Positions 24,761-37,382 of a DNA stretch of 62,308 nucleotides are shown piece by piece. The notes under the pieces were generated by a model. The model had not been told where the DNA came from. It did no database searches and saw only the letters and a program-made list of their open reading frames with translations. Location: the NCBI GenBank assembly GCA_001949185.1, contig BDGG01000025.1:1-62308 (forward strand), in the 5' to 3' direction. Both the position numbers and the translations under genes were made by a program. Position 1 is the stretch's first letter, and each line of letters begins with the position of its first letter. This DNA is from Ramazzottius varieornatus. Taxonomy: Eukaryota > Animalia > Tardigrada.

Positions 24761-27700
24761 ATGCCAAAGACTAAGACGTCGAGCGCCAGAGGCCAGAAGG
24801 GAACGTCGACCATGAAGAAGAATCCCTCCATTCCCTCCATCGATGCACTGTCAGCTGGTGTCAAGACTGTTCCTGCAGACGACACCCTGGACAATGAGGA
24901 AGAGGAAGACGTGACTGTTGGGGATACCCCATCAGCCTCCACACCCAAAGCGGCGTCCACACTGTCGCAAGCCGTTACACGGCGTAACTTACGGGAGCTG
25001 TTCTCAGCTGAGGAGACCATCATCGAATGCATCCAACTGGATGAGAAGAACAAGCCTGTCCCCGCTGAAGCGAAGTCAGAGCGGATGGCCATCTTCCTTC
25101 GTGTCCGACCCTTCTTGGCTCCAGAAATTTCAAAGGGAGAAAATCAGGTAAGGAAATCAGCAGGAGCTTTGATCTGCGTCTAATTCTGACTTCGTATTTT
25201 CAGGGCTGCTTTTCTGTGCTGCCTCAAGCCAAAGGCATAGCTTTTAATCCTCCCAAGTCATCACACCAGTATCGTCGACTGGCCAACTCCCAAGACGGAA
25301 AGGTTGGGTATGAGTTTACTCAGGTTTTGGGGGACGAGCTGCTCCAGAAAGATGTCTTCGACATTACCATGTCGAAGCCTATTCAGCAGTTTTTGAAGGG
25401 CACTTCGCAGCTCATCTTCACTTACGGAGTCACCAATTCCGGCAAAACATACACTCTCCTTGGTTAGTTACTTCTTTATAGCATCTTTCCGAAACGTAAT
25501 TCACAGAAGAGCCTGTTTTGAAGAATTTCCTGATTTTGTTAAAAAAAGTAATTGGATATCTTTCCATTTCACTGATTTCAGGACCACGGCAAAGTCCAGG
25601 CATACTTCCTCGAGCCCTGGATCGCATTTTCAGTGCTCTGGGCTCTCAAATCAGCAAGGAGGCCAGATATCGACCAGATAAATATGACGAGATTCATCCA
25701 CTGAGTGCTCAAGCACGAGCTGAAGAGAAAGCGCGGCGAGAAGATTACCTGGCAAAGAAATCTGCCATTGCAGCAATCAAGCCAGGTGAAAACCAGTCGC
25801 TCATCCAGATTTCTAGTCAAGGCACGGAAGGTAGTCAGTCTACAGGTACACGAGTCTTGCTCTATTACAGAACAACATGCTCATTTCATAGCCGTATGTT
25901 TTTTCCTGATAGTGGATTCACATGGATTCTTCGATTTCCGTCCCACAACGGAAAGCGAGGCTCTATTGCTCCAAGATCGTGACTGCCTCGACAAAGATGC
26001 CACCTACGAGGTCTGGGTCTCTTTCCTGGAGATCTATGAAGATGTGGCCTACGATTTACTGGATCTCAATGGCGGTACGAAAGCAGCTGGACGACTCCTT
26101 CGAAGTGGAACGTTACGCGTCATGGAGAAAGGAAACACCTGCTATGCTCACGGTAAGGTTGTCATGTCAGGTCATGTCGTCGATATTCTTTGCCCAGGGA
26201 CCCGAAATGTTATGTCATATGCCAAATGTTAGTATGTCATACTGATGTTGTTGGTTTCACAGGTCAGATCGAAGTCCCCGTCTTCTCCGCAGCCGATGCC
26301 TACCACATTATGGGCCTTGGGCGGAAGAACCTTCATGTGGCAGCCACGAAGCTGAACGAGGCATCCAGTCGCAGTCATGCCATTTTCACCATCAAGATCG
26401 TCAAGGTCTTCAACAATGGCAAAGAGGCCAATGTCACCCAGTGAGCTTCCTCCTTCTCTACCGTAAAAGTTTCTCTCTTTGCCTCTGATGAGGGATTAAA
26501 CGCTTGTAGATGCGTGGAGGTAAGTCTCGATGTGATTACAGGTTAACTTTCTGCGACTTGGCGGGAACCGAACGAGCTAGCCGAACTGAAAACCTGGGTA
26601 CTCGACTCAAAGAGTCACAGAACATCAACAAGGATCTTCACCATCTGAAAGAATGTATCGAAGCCCTGCGAAAAACTACAGGTGGAACGAAGTAAGCAAT
26701 CTTATTTCCAAATTCCAAGCGGTCTTCACTGAGTTTTCACTCTTTTCTGTATCTCTTGTAGGAAGGGGAAGAAAGAGATCGTTCCCTTTCGCAACTGCAA
26801 GCTGACACGCCTTTTCCGTTCATTCTTCTCGGGCAAAGGTACGGCGTCCATGATCGTCAACATCAGCCAGTGTGCTTCCGACTTCGACGAAACTGTCCAG
26901 GCCATTCGCTTTGGCTCTTCCGCCATGCGCGTAAGTGGAATTAAGGTTTTGGCTCGGAAGGCCGGAAGGTCGCCTTGCAGTTGAAGATCTGTTGGAAATT
27001 TGAAGCTTTGTGAAATTGCAGATTATGATCCCCATGACGCGACGTGAAAGTGTGCTCATCCAGCCGCCGCAGTTCGGTGCGAATATCAAGAAGATAACTC
27101 ACCAGGTTTGTGATACTCCCATCTCAGTACAGAATGTTTACTTGCGACATACAAACCCACAAAACAAAAAGCAAACAATCAATCTGCACTGCCGTATCTT
27201 TTGCTTTGTTTCTATTCGAAAACCTCGGGGAGAAACAGAGACGAAATTTTAAAGAGCAAAAGGAGGGACGGGCAGCTTTTGCTCGAAAATTTGTCAGCGG
27301 CAAACAAACTCGACCAGAAATTTTTGTCTCAAAACGATAAGCCTGGCTTCTCATTGAAAAAATAAAGGTAATTAAGATAGATCTCCTCAGTGGCGCACCC
27401 TTTCCTCCAGTATTACTGAGAAGGAGGGCCACTTGGGATCTCTTCGAGATCGCTTTTCCATTCGGCGAACCGGCGTAGCCAGTTTCGCTGAGAACTTGCG
27501 CCACTCGGTGAGAACGTTTATTGGATTCTGTTGGCCGAGCTCCCGTATGTCCGATTGGGAGATTCCTTATGAAGAAACATGAATTTAGTCCCATTGCGAA
27601 GGTCGATTCAAAAACAATGTTGTCCCGAGCAAGTCAAAGCGGGGATCTCTAGATTTTAGGTTTGTTTTTGCTCCTTCAGAACATCGTGAGTGTCCAGTTA

Positions 27701-29114
27701 GAAGAATCGATGGATGACACCATCTACGAAAGTGGGGAGGAGGATGACGAAGACACAGAGAACGAGCGGGCTCCTCCCAGCACTGTCAAGAAGCAGCCGA
27801 TAGCCGCTCAGCGCAAGCTTCCTCTGGCCAGTGCCAATAGGACGGTCGTAGTCAAGAAGAAGGAGGCTGCTACGGCGGTCAAGGTGTCCAAGACTACCAA
27901 GGTGGCCACCACCGTCATCCAAGGCCGGAAGAAGGCTCCATCTTACCCGTTACATGAACAGCAGCAACAGGAAGAACAACCGGAAGAAGGCGGCTCTCTC
28001 AGCTCAAATTCAGAATCCAGGTATGTGAAGTCCGGCTGCGTTTTTCGGGAATACCCGTTATGTTTCCGAACTCGAGTTTGGGAGCTCGGCAAAGAAACTC
28101 GACAAGTGGTTTTCCCAAGTGGCGCACGTCTTCCGCGTTATTCGTCGGAAGCGTGGACCACTTTGAAGAAGGATCTTGTCGAATTTGTTTGCTGAGCTCC
28201 CATTAATTTTCATCTTGTTACGTACACTTTTCATCAGTGTTGATATCTTCTGGCTCAGCGACACGGGTTACACTGACGCCGAGGCTTCCAGCGACGTTCA
28301 GTCAGTCTCTTCTGCTCAAGACAGCGAACGGGACGAAGAAGATGTGGAAGACGAGGAGGATAGCGTCTCGGAGGCCAATCTGACCATCGGTGGAGCTGTC
28401 CGTGGTGATCATCCTATCGAAGACTACTTTTGGCGCGAAAAATGTCCTTATCCAGACTTTGTAAATGAGGAGGACCATCGCATTCGGGTACTAGCTAATT
28501 CTGCATTGCTTCTAAGTCTTCGGGGAAAATGTACCCTGATATTCTTGGTCGATTTCTTCAACGAATATTTTCCGAAAAAAGCGGAAGAACAAATGATATC
28601 AATTATGTCATGTTAGTTATGCTTGTGTTCGAACAGGGATTATTGTTGTTACTGGACAGCTGCCAGCAACAGATTAAACAGAGTCGAGCGATGAATATGG
28701 CCAACGAGATGAAGGTGCGAAAGGAACTTTGTGACTATTACGACAAGGAGCGACAACGTCACGCCAAGGAACACGAAAAGGAACTGCGTCGTCGTGAAGC
28801 CCAGTTCCACGATGATCTAGCTAAGCAACTCGCCATGCAGCGTGAAGGTATGTCGAAAACACGTAAACAAATTTCAATTGCTCTTGCTTACTTCTTTTTT
28901 AGCCCTGGAGCGGAAGTTCCAGGAACGTGGCGATCCTTCTATGATGAGCTTTGAGAAGCACGAGATCGACATGGACCGAAATGTCCTGAGCGAAGAAGGG
29001 ACCAAGCTGCAGGAGAAAATTGCCGAATTGGAGGAGGAAGTGGAGCGTAAAGATAGTAAGATTGCGGAGTTGAGAACTCGCCTGGCTCGATCTGCCTCAT
29101 CTTCTCGTACCTGA
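24761..29114 (+). CDS. KIF20A: Kinesin-6 family motor, KIF20A/MKLP2/Subito-like (multi-exon)
   Basis: Motor motifs IFLRVRP, P-loop TYGVTNSGKTYT, PGILPRALDRIF followed by the long loop-6 insert typical of kinesin-6, VWVSFLEIY, NEASSRSHAIF, FCDLAGTER and VPFRNCKLTRLF. Acidic linker and coiled-coil tail end at 29114. Kinesin-6 is secure; KIF20A versus KIF20B/KIF23 is less so. Confidence 0.85.
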
Positions 29115-29575
29115 ATATCGTGGAAGCAGTTTGCACATTTCTTCTTCCCCTGTACTGATGCTTTTGAATATTCCAAAGACTCTTTTGTATCCTTTTCATC
29201 TCCGACGATTTTACTGCGCATTGCAGGGCAGGTTCTTCAGTATGTCTAAGTTTTGACATGACTTCTTAAGTTCTCAAGGGCTTTTTGGAGCCCTATTTTG
29301 TAACTTATCTGACGTAAGGGCTACCTACATCTGAGTAAGATATCACTCTTTTAGTCCAGCGGTGCGTTTGCCGTCTTTTTTCGCGAGTCTGGAAGCGCGA
29401 GAATGAAGTTTGGAACTTTGGAGTTTGGACCCATACTGTATCGTATGTAAGGTTTTGTAAAAAGTGAAACAACGAGGATTTGATCCGTCGCTTGCCACGT
29501 TCACACACGACTAATGACTTGCGTCTGTTTGTAGTACCAGATTTTTATTTCGCCCTGGATCACTGACGAGCTTCA

Positions 29576-31918
29576 CGAGGGGATTTAGCCAATGCTCCAG
29601 TCTCATTTCACAAACTGAAACGATAGAGAGGTAGAGGAGAGTTTTGTCTATCAACTGGGATAGACCAGGCCGGCAGAAAAAAATCCTGGAAGACACAACA
29701 GGAAGCGGAAGTGACGTCAAAATCTGGGCGGAACATCGGCATCAGTCAAGTAATTTGATTGTGTGCTGGTTGATTCGCTATTTGATTGGTCTGCAACACT
29801 ATATGGGTAGAAGAGCAGCTGATCACTACAGTTTTGATTGTTGTGTCAAGCTTCGTTCTCTTTTCTCGTTTTCTCTCCTCTAGTTATCGCAGACATGGAT
29901 TCTATTAATCCCTTGAACATCCTAAAGCTTTTGGAGATGGACTATGAACAGGATTTTCAACCCAACGACTCTCCAAGTGACCATGACAAGTTGCTCAAGG
30001 CACTCATCAAAGGTATGGTAGGCTTGTTGATAAGGTATACACTTGAAGCCTATCCGAATCCATCATTCGCTTGCTGACTTCCTGGATATTCACATCAACG
30101 AAGCTGGAAGTCCGATCTTGGCCATCGAGGACGATCTTCAGTACGAGCTACAGATCAGTATGCCGACGTTCGAAGAGTTCGAAAAGTCTGTCGCAGAAAA
30201 CAACCTGTTGACTGGACATCGCGAAGCACATTTTGAGCCAACCCCAAACGATCGCCTTGGAGAACCTGACTCAAGCGCAACTGAACCTTCTTCGTATGAG
30301 CTGTTTGTGCCTAGGCTTCCCGATCCAAAAGTGCTGTCGAGCCAAGTAGCTGATCTCGATTAAAACAAACGCGCCGTACGACTCTGGAGTAATGCCATCA
30401 CAAAGAAGCGACGTAGTCTGTCAAGTGTTCAAGTCTTATTCAAGAAAGTTACCAGTGTTTGCGTCAGCTCAATGAATGGGAGCGGCAGGTAGAAGACGGT
30501 GGTTCGCGTATAGATAAGCTGAAGGCGTTACGACTGGAAACTGGAAGACAGTTCTTTCTTGCCAAGCAGAAGCCTCACGTAATGAAGGACATAGACATCC
30601 GGCGATGGGCTGTCACCGCGAATCGCGAGATCGGCCTTCCTGGTTTTGTAGCGTCGTCATATTGGGTTAGCAGATTTAAGCGGTAAGTGCCATGTCGTGT
30701 TCTAATTTTATTTGGTGATAGGGACGCCTGAGTGAACCTTTTGTTTTCAGTATTCCTCAACGAATTAATTTGCGGTTTAGGTACTACGGTATCTGCGACC
30801 GCAAAATCACAAAGTTCGTGACAGAATAGTATCTGCAGGAAGAACCAGATAGAAAGAAGAATGCCGACGAATGCGTTGCTCTCGTCAGATCAAGGGTTCA
30901 ACCATATGGACGGGACTGCCTCTGGAACGCTGATCAGTCTGGATTCGAATACGAGATGAGGCCAGGTCAGACTTTGGATTTGGTGGGCGCAAAGCAGGTT
31001 CTTGCTCTCACTCGGTCTGAAAATTCCATGACTCACTGTGATGACGTGTATCTCACCAGGTGCTCGAAAGTGTCTTCCCGTTCTTTTCATTACACTGCAG
31101 GAAGATAAAGGTGTCTTCGGGCCGATCGTGAAAAGAACGATGTTTAGAGCTTCACGTTACCGCATCAACATCCGGCAAAATGACAAAGGAGCTTTTCGTC
31201 GAATGGTGGGAAAAGGTTTTCTTCCCACAAATGGACGGACATTGCTTGTTCCTGGCAGATTCTTGGCCGACGTTTGCCGATCAAGAAGCTGTAGAGGAAG
31301 TCAAGCTAGAGAAACTGGAGTGCGAGATGATCACGATTCCTCCTAAAGTCACCGGCCATATCCAGCCTCTAGATGTGCTGTGTTTTCGCATGTACAAAGG
31401 ATACTTTCGAAAGGTGTTAAATTGGATATTTCTGAACGATCAACCTGTACAGGTTCACCATCGGGACGTTATTCACAAGCTGCATTCGCTGATCTATCAG
31501 CAGTTCACTTCTCGTAGGTTTGAAAATCTCATCGCACTAGCCTGGCATTTGTCTGGATATATTGACAGGTCTTACAAGTACGTAAATCCTGCGGAATTTT
31601 GTTTTGATGGACTAGTTGGTCCTTGTGACCGTGTTGACTGTAACCGCTCGTTGCTGTTGAAGTGTGCCTGGTGTAAGGCTCCTTTGTGCTTCCATCATTT
31701 TTACGAGAGATATCATTTCTGTAAAACGTATGTTCCTTAATGGTCTCTATCTTTACCATGTTCCGCCCAGATTCTGACGTCACTTCCGCTTCCTGTTGTG
31801 TCTTCCAGGATTTTTTTCTGCCGGCCTGGTCTATCCGAGTCGACAGAGAAAACTCTCCTCTACCTCTCTGTCGTTTCAGTTTGTGAAATAAGACTGGAGC
31901 ATTGGCTAAATCCCCTCG
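29576..31918 (+). mobile_element. Tc5/Tc4-type (pogo-related) DNA transposon, TIR-complete, transposase disrupted
   Basis: ~160-bp TIRs (29576-29736 and 31758-31918) with 3-bp TSD TCA. CENP-B-like HTH (FVASSYWVSRFKR), DDE motifs WNADQSG, FLADSW and IQPLDV, and a C-terminal Cys/His cluster CDRVDC..CAWC..LCFHHF..YHFC. In-frame stops near 30361 and 30827 plus frameshifts. Confidence 0.92.
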
Positions 31919-31966
31919 TCAGTATTTCGCCGTGCAGAAACTCACGGTAGTGTCGAACGATCAATA

Positions 31967-32255
31967 AGGGCTTACAATGACTAAGCTGGCTTGGTGGTGT
32001 AATTACACCAGCTACTTTGGTGGATACGCCCAGAAATTTTTTTTGACCAGTTAGGAAAGTGGTGTAACGGCTCGCTTTGAAAGCCCCGCACTGCAGCTAA
32101 GTATGACCGGAGGATCATGAGATCTTTGATGTCGGAGGAACCACCATACACTCACCAGTAGGACGGGTAGCGAGAAACCTCGTGAGGGTGTGGGTGGAGC
32201 CAATTACACCAGCGTTGTAATTCCACCAGCGGTGTAATCTATCTTTGTAAGCCCT
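31967..32255. mobile_element. Small MITE
   Basis: TIR agggcttacaa / ttgtaagccct flanked by TA, with internal tgtaat/ttacacc repeats. Confidence 0.6.
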
Positions 32256-32475
32256 TAATCAAGCGTAATTCTCCAGCAGCATTCAAGCAGCTCATCAGTG
32301 CCCTGGATTACTTTATCGGAGTCGGAGTTTGCGTTTCCATCCTTCGCATGAATCTCTTCCGAAGTCGGACAGTTGCTTCAGGTGTATCCTCGTCAGTAAG
32401 CCTTAACGGCAAAGAAGAGTCGGCGATCCGGCGACTGGACCGTCGGAGTGGGAATCTGCATTTGTGCAAAAAGAA

Positions 32476-34107
32476 ATGGTATGTGTTTCTGTGTCTCAGG
32501 TGAATCTATCCTGTTTGGAGCTGCGAACATCGACGCCGGAGTTATTCGGTCCCTTTTCAGGCTTTCCCAAACCGTGATGTCGACATTACCGACAAAACGG
32601 AGTTATTCCTGGCATCTGCGAAGCACGTCAAGTATCTGGAGGAATATGGGGAGACAATCGACTCGTACGTAAGTTTCTTCCTTTCAACTCATTCATGCGG
32701 TTTGACAGTATGGCCAGAGAGTAATCTGTGGTTTGGCAGACCATGCGCACCAGCGAACGGTTTTTGATGGTCCACTCGCTGAGGTGTGTGTGTATGGGAT
32801 GGCTTGCCAATTTTCCAACATCGATTTTGGGAAAATCTGGCCTTGAGTGTTTGCCGTGCCATTCGGGTTCATCTGTGAAGAAGTCACAGTGGAAGAACCT
32901 AACGGTCTGCCAGCTTGCTGAAGTTTGATGCTTCACTTCTTACAGGAATTTGCGGTCGCTGAATACCTGCGCATGTCCGGAATCTACTGGACCATAACCT
33001 GCCTGGATATCCTAAATACTTTGGATAAATCAAAGCGCTTCCACAAAGACTTCGTCGTAGACTACGTGCGCAGCTGTCAGAAGCCATCCGGGGGCTTTTC
33101 TCCTCATCCAACCCACGACGAAAACCTTCCCCACACTTGTTGTGCCATCCAAGTCCTGGCTACCTTCGATTCCATAGCCTCGATCGACAAAGAAGCCTGT
33201 ATAAGTTACGTGACGGGTTTACAGCAGCCTGATGGATCGTTCACAGGGGACAAATGGGGCGAAGTGGACACGCGTTTCTCCTTGTGCGCCACAGCCTGTC
33301 TGGCTCTCCTCGGCGCTCTCGATCGTTGCGACCGAATAAAAGCAGCGGACTTTATTGCGAGCTGCAGGAACTTTGATGGGGGGTTTGGGGTTTCTCCGGG
33401 AGGAGAATCGCATGGAGCCATGATTTACTGCTGTGTGGGAGCGCTGTCGTTGTTGAAAAGGCTGGACATCGTCGACGCGGACAAACTGGGACTATGGCTG
33501 GCTAAAAGACAACTTCCGTCTGGTGGTCTAAATGGTAAGTATCGATCATGCCAAAGGCAGCTACTCCCGGTCTGCCCTGTTCCGTTGATCTGCTGGTACC
33601 TGAGGCACGAACGAGCACGGCCCTGTCCGTACGATTGAGATCGGGCGAGACATGGCGCTGTTTTCGTGACTTCAAACCCCGAAGCGAAACCTTTCTGTTG
33701 TTTTTCGAAGGTTGGTTGATGCAAGGTTTTTATTTGCAGGAAGACCCGAAAAGCACCCCGATGTTTGCTATTCCTGGTGGATCTTAGCTTCCCTGGCTAT
33801 CATCGGTAGACTGCATTGGATTGACGCAGGCAGGTTGCAACGGTATATCCTGGCCTGTCAAGATATCGAGCTGGGTGGTATCGCTGATCGGCCAGGCAAT
33901 TACGCGGATCCATTTCACACGGTGTTCGGCACTGCGGGTCTCTCCTTGCTTCCTGTTGGCTTAAACGCAGAACCGGCTGGACCTGACGAGAAAGGCGACG
34001 CCTCAACGACGATCGCTCCGAAGAAAGCCAATCCGGTGCTGTGCATGGCTCAAGAGATAATCGATCGTGTCGGTGTTCAAGTTCAAATTCTTCCTAGTAG
34101 TCGATAA
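32476..34107 (+). CDS. RABGGTB: Rab geranylgeranyltransferase type II beta subunit
   Basis: Exons: ATG only (32476-32478), 32561-32668, 32946-33534, 33740-34107. Motifs [87 protein letters not shown]. Confidence 0.96.
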
Positions 34108-34792
34108 ACCTGGCTCCAGCTAACTTTTTTTTCTGGTCTGAGATTACTCTGAATTCTTGGCATGACTTGGATCGCTGGACATCACGCTTCGGTTATTCCA
34201 CGTAATCTTCTTTCTGGGTATTTGCGTATTTGGGTGGATGCTCAAAACTTGTTATGGGACTAGAACGCCGGAGAATAGTGCAAGTCGCTCTGGACGAGGT
34301 ACTACTCGAAAGAAATGGAGCAGTGATTTCGCACCTTATGCTGGCTTCGTTTCGTGGTGGGATGCTAACCGATTTGCATGTAGGCAACTCCGTACATTAC
34401 GTACGACGAGAGACGAAAAATGTGAAGTGGCGTGCTTGTCGACGTTCTGGAAGCTGCCTGTTCGTACCTGGAGTTCGAGTAAGACTGTGTTTTATTACGA
34501 CCGCATTGAATAACCAAAACTCTTCGCCACAAATAACCCAGAGTCTGCTCATGCGTTACACTTTGTTTGTAGCATAAAAACTGGGAAAATACGTCTTCAT
34601 CGAAATTTTGGAATGAATGAATCTGTCAATACCATTGGTTGCGACAAACGCAAATTATCTACATCAGAAATTACAAATTCTCCACTAAAGTTTAATACTG
34701 TACGTCTGTGAAAATTAGCAGCAGAGTGTCGTAGCGGTACCATTCGTTGTGACTGGGAAACAGTCGTGTATCGTACTTTGTTTGACCTGACA

Positions 34793-36520
34793 GTCCTCGG
34801 GACCACGGCTCAGTGGCGTAGTTACAGTTGCAGGTACTTCAAGCCGCTAACATCGAACCTGGCGAACGAAACCAGCGACGTAGTGATGGGAGCTGTGACG
34901 AACAGCACCGCCGACGTGGGAATAGCGGCAGTGGGTATCAGTGCTAGTCGGAACCAGCACTTCACCATGATCGACTCATTCCTTCGGCGACCCTATCTTG
35001 TGGTCATCCATCGAACTCACCTGATCTCGATTCCATCTTCCGAGTTCCTCCAGCATACGCTGGGCGAGATGGTGTCGGATTCTGTATGGTTCTCCATGAT
35101 TTCTGCCCTGCTTGTGTTAATCATTCTCGGGATGTTTGTGGACGGGATGGAAAAGACAAAGGAAGGCAAAGGTGGAGAACGCTCTGCGGAAAGTGGACCT
35201 TTCAGATCTTCGGAATGGGACTGGGTCTTCAGGGTGTCGGTGAGAGTGCTTAGTCAACGGGTTTCTGGTTTTTATCACGTGTTTATCTTTCTCTAGATGA
35301 CTTTGAGCCCATCCGGGTGGCAAGCTGGTCACGGTCGAAAATTTGGATGTTTTTTCAATGTGGTTCTTTATTATTCTCAGCACAATACAGAGCCAGCTTC
35401 CGGCCATGTTCGCTTTCGACAATCCGAAAGAACTACCATTTCACGATGTCAAAAGCTTACTGGCGTCAGATTTCACGGTCTATGGAACGCCGACAGCAGT
35501 CGAGATGCTAAATGTACGTGACCAGTTTTCTGGTCTTTATAAAATTGTAGTGTCGTAAACGCATATCTTCCGGACCGGAAGTTCCGGTGGGCACGTGGGG
35601 TAATAGCACCAGTCAATGGCAACTGACGTCATTTGACCGGACGGGTTGCAATTTCAGCACCTGTACAACAAGTACAGTATAATACGTGTACTTACCATCC
35701 GCCTTGTAGACATCCTTGACGATTTAACATTCCAAAACTCACCAACAAAGTCCAACCGCTACCTGCTGCGGCGAAAGGGGCAAACCGCTATGAGCTGTAT
35801 GCTGCCCTAGCCAAGAAGGAGAAATGCGCGCTGCTAATCAACCAGGAAACGTTACTGGAAATCTCGTTCAGAAGTTGCGATCTTTTCATCGCGATTGATA
35901 ACCTGATCGTCGCTCGCGTGGCGGCGCTGCTGTTGGCCAGAAATTCAACCAAGCGAGAACAGTTCGAGCAAGGGTAAGGCGAAGTAACAGGTCAATATGG
36001 GCGGCGGATAAGTACATAAGTAAATGTGCTCTCAAAATCTCATAGCATACACTTTTGATAGGTATCAAAACAGTAGGGTACTGTTTTGAACTCTGTTTTG
36101 ACTATAATATAGTATAGACCAAAAAAGTACCCTACTGTTTTGGTACCCATCAAAAGTGTATGCTATAAGATTTTGAAAGCATATCCACTTATGCACTTAT
36201 CCGCCGCCCATAAGTGAACCTGGTCGTTCTGTTTTGATTTTGCCTCTGATTTTCGTAGGTATGCTAAAGTCAGTCAACAAGGCATATCACAGTCGGCGTA
36301 CCAAGATTACGAGATCTGTATGAGAACTTCCAGCCTAGTGAGAACCCATGGCAGCTGTTTCGACAGAAGGTCGTCACTAGACCCAGTGTCCGAGCAAGAG
36401 CATTGCATTTGAACAACTTCCTGTTTGTATTGTGGTTCCTTCTTGGTAGCCTAGGATTGAGCCGTACATGCTTTCTACTCGAAATCTCTTGTTCGTGGTT
36501 CTGTTGACATTCGGACTGAA
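34793..36520 (+). pseudogene. Ionotropic receptor / iGluR-like membrane receptor, apparently frameshifted
   Basis: S1-like ADVGIAAVGISASRNQHFTMIDSFL, M1 VWFSMISALLVLIILG, M2-like SMWFFIILSTIQSQLPAMF followed by PFHDVKSLL, S2 exon at ~35710-35973, last TM ALHLNNFLFVLWFLLGSLGLS..FLLE. Frame breaks near 35350 and 36320, and no clean start found. Confidence 0.6.
35998..36210. mobile_element. Palindromic TA-flanked MITE in an intron of the IR-like gene
   Basis: tgggcggcggataagt...acttatccgccgccca, with ~90-bp arms pairing nearly throughout and TA on both sides. Confidence 0.88.
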
Positions 36521-37218
36521 TTGAAACCTTCACGCACCACCAGCAGCCTGAATGGCAACCGCTACCACTAAATCTCACTTCTGCAGGGCATTTGGGACGT
36601 AGCTAGACGAAACGCACAAGATATACAGCCATCTTCAGTGGCGCACCCGTCGAGCTAGTAACAAGGAAAATGTGCGCAACTTGAAACATCAATCGTGTGC
36701 AGTTTGCTTGCTGAGCTAGTCAACCTCTGGCTCAGGGCTAGATTTCAGTAATTTTTCGGCCAGGTTTTCAGACCTAGTATTTCTGGGCACAAACCTTTAT
36801 CCAATAAACTTTCTGTCGATTGGGTCTTGATATGATTTTTTGATATAACGTGTGATACATTGTGCGAAACCTTAACCAAGCAGCGTTGGACTAAAGCGAA
36901 TTTGAAAATTTTTATAAAGAGTAGTGAGCAAAGCTGGCTACTTCGCCAAGCCGAATGTCGGTCACGTCGGTCACTGAGTTAGCAAGGAAAGCCTCCCATG
37001 GAGAAATGTCCGATCGAGTCAGTCAATCACGCCTGATCGAGTCAGACTCCTGCTAGGCTTTTGCGTTCCGAGTATTCACGACTAGAAATTTAGTCAACTT
37101 ATCAAAGGCACCCTACATTACATGAAGGGACCTTTTCCACCTTGTGTGAGGCACTTTCGTTGTCTAGGGTGGAGAGGTGGAAGATCGTGTATAAGAGAGG
37201 CTCTAAGGTGGAAAAAAA

Positions 37219-37382
37219 GCTGTGGTCCAACGTAGCGCCATTTCCGGACAAAGAGACCGGCGTAAGAAGTCGACTTGAGAGGTATAGTTTTTACTCCAGC
37301 AATGCAAGGTGACGTCCATGCAGAGCCACGCCCTATACCATTGCTGGAGTAAAAAGTACAGCTCCTAAGTCGACTTCTTACG
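37219..37382. repeat. Palindromic dispersed repeat, second copy cut at window start (1-57)
   Basis: cgtaagaagtcgactt..ttttactccagcaatg / cattgctggagtaaaa..aagtcgacttcttacg. The stretch gctgtggtcc..gcgccatttccggacaaagag..gcgtaagaag is the reverse complement of bases 1-57. Confidence 0.7.

Noticed and set aside
33556-33578. CAGCTACTC resemblance to the SRP RNA Alu domain
   Set aside because: Only 9 nt match, and no other SRP features are present.
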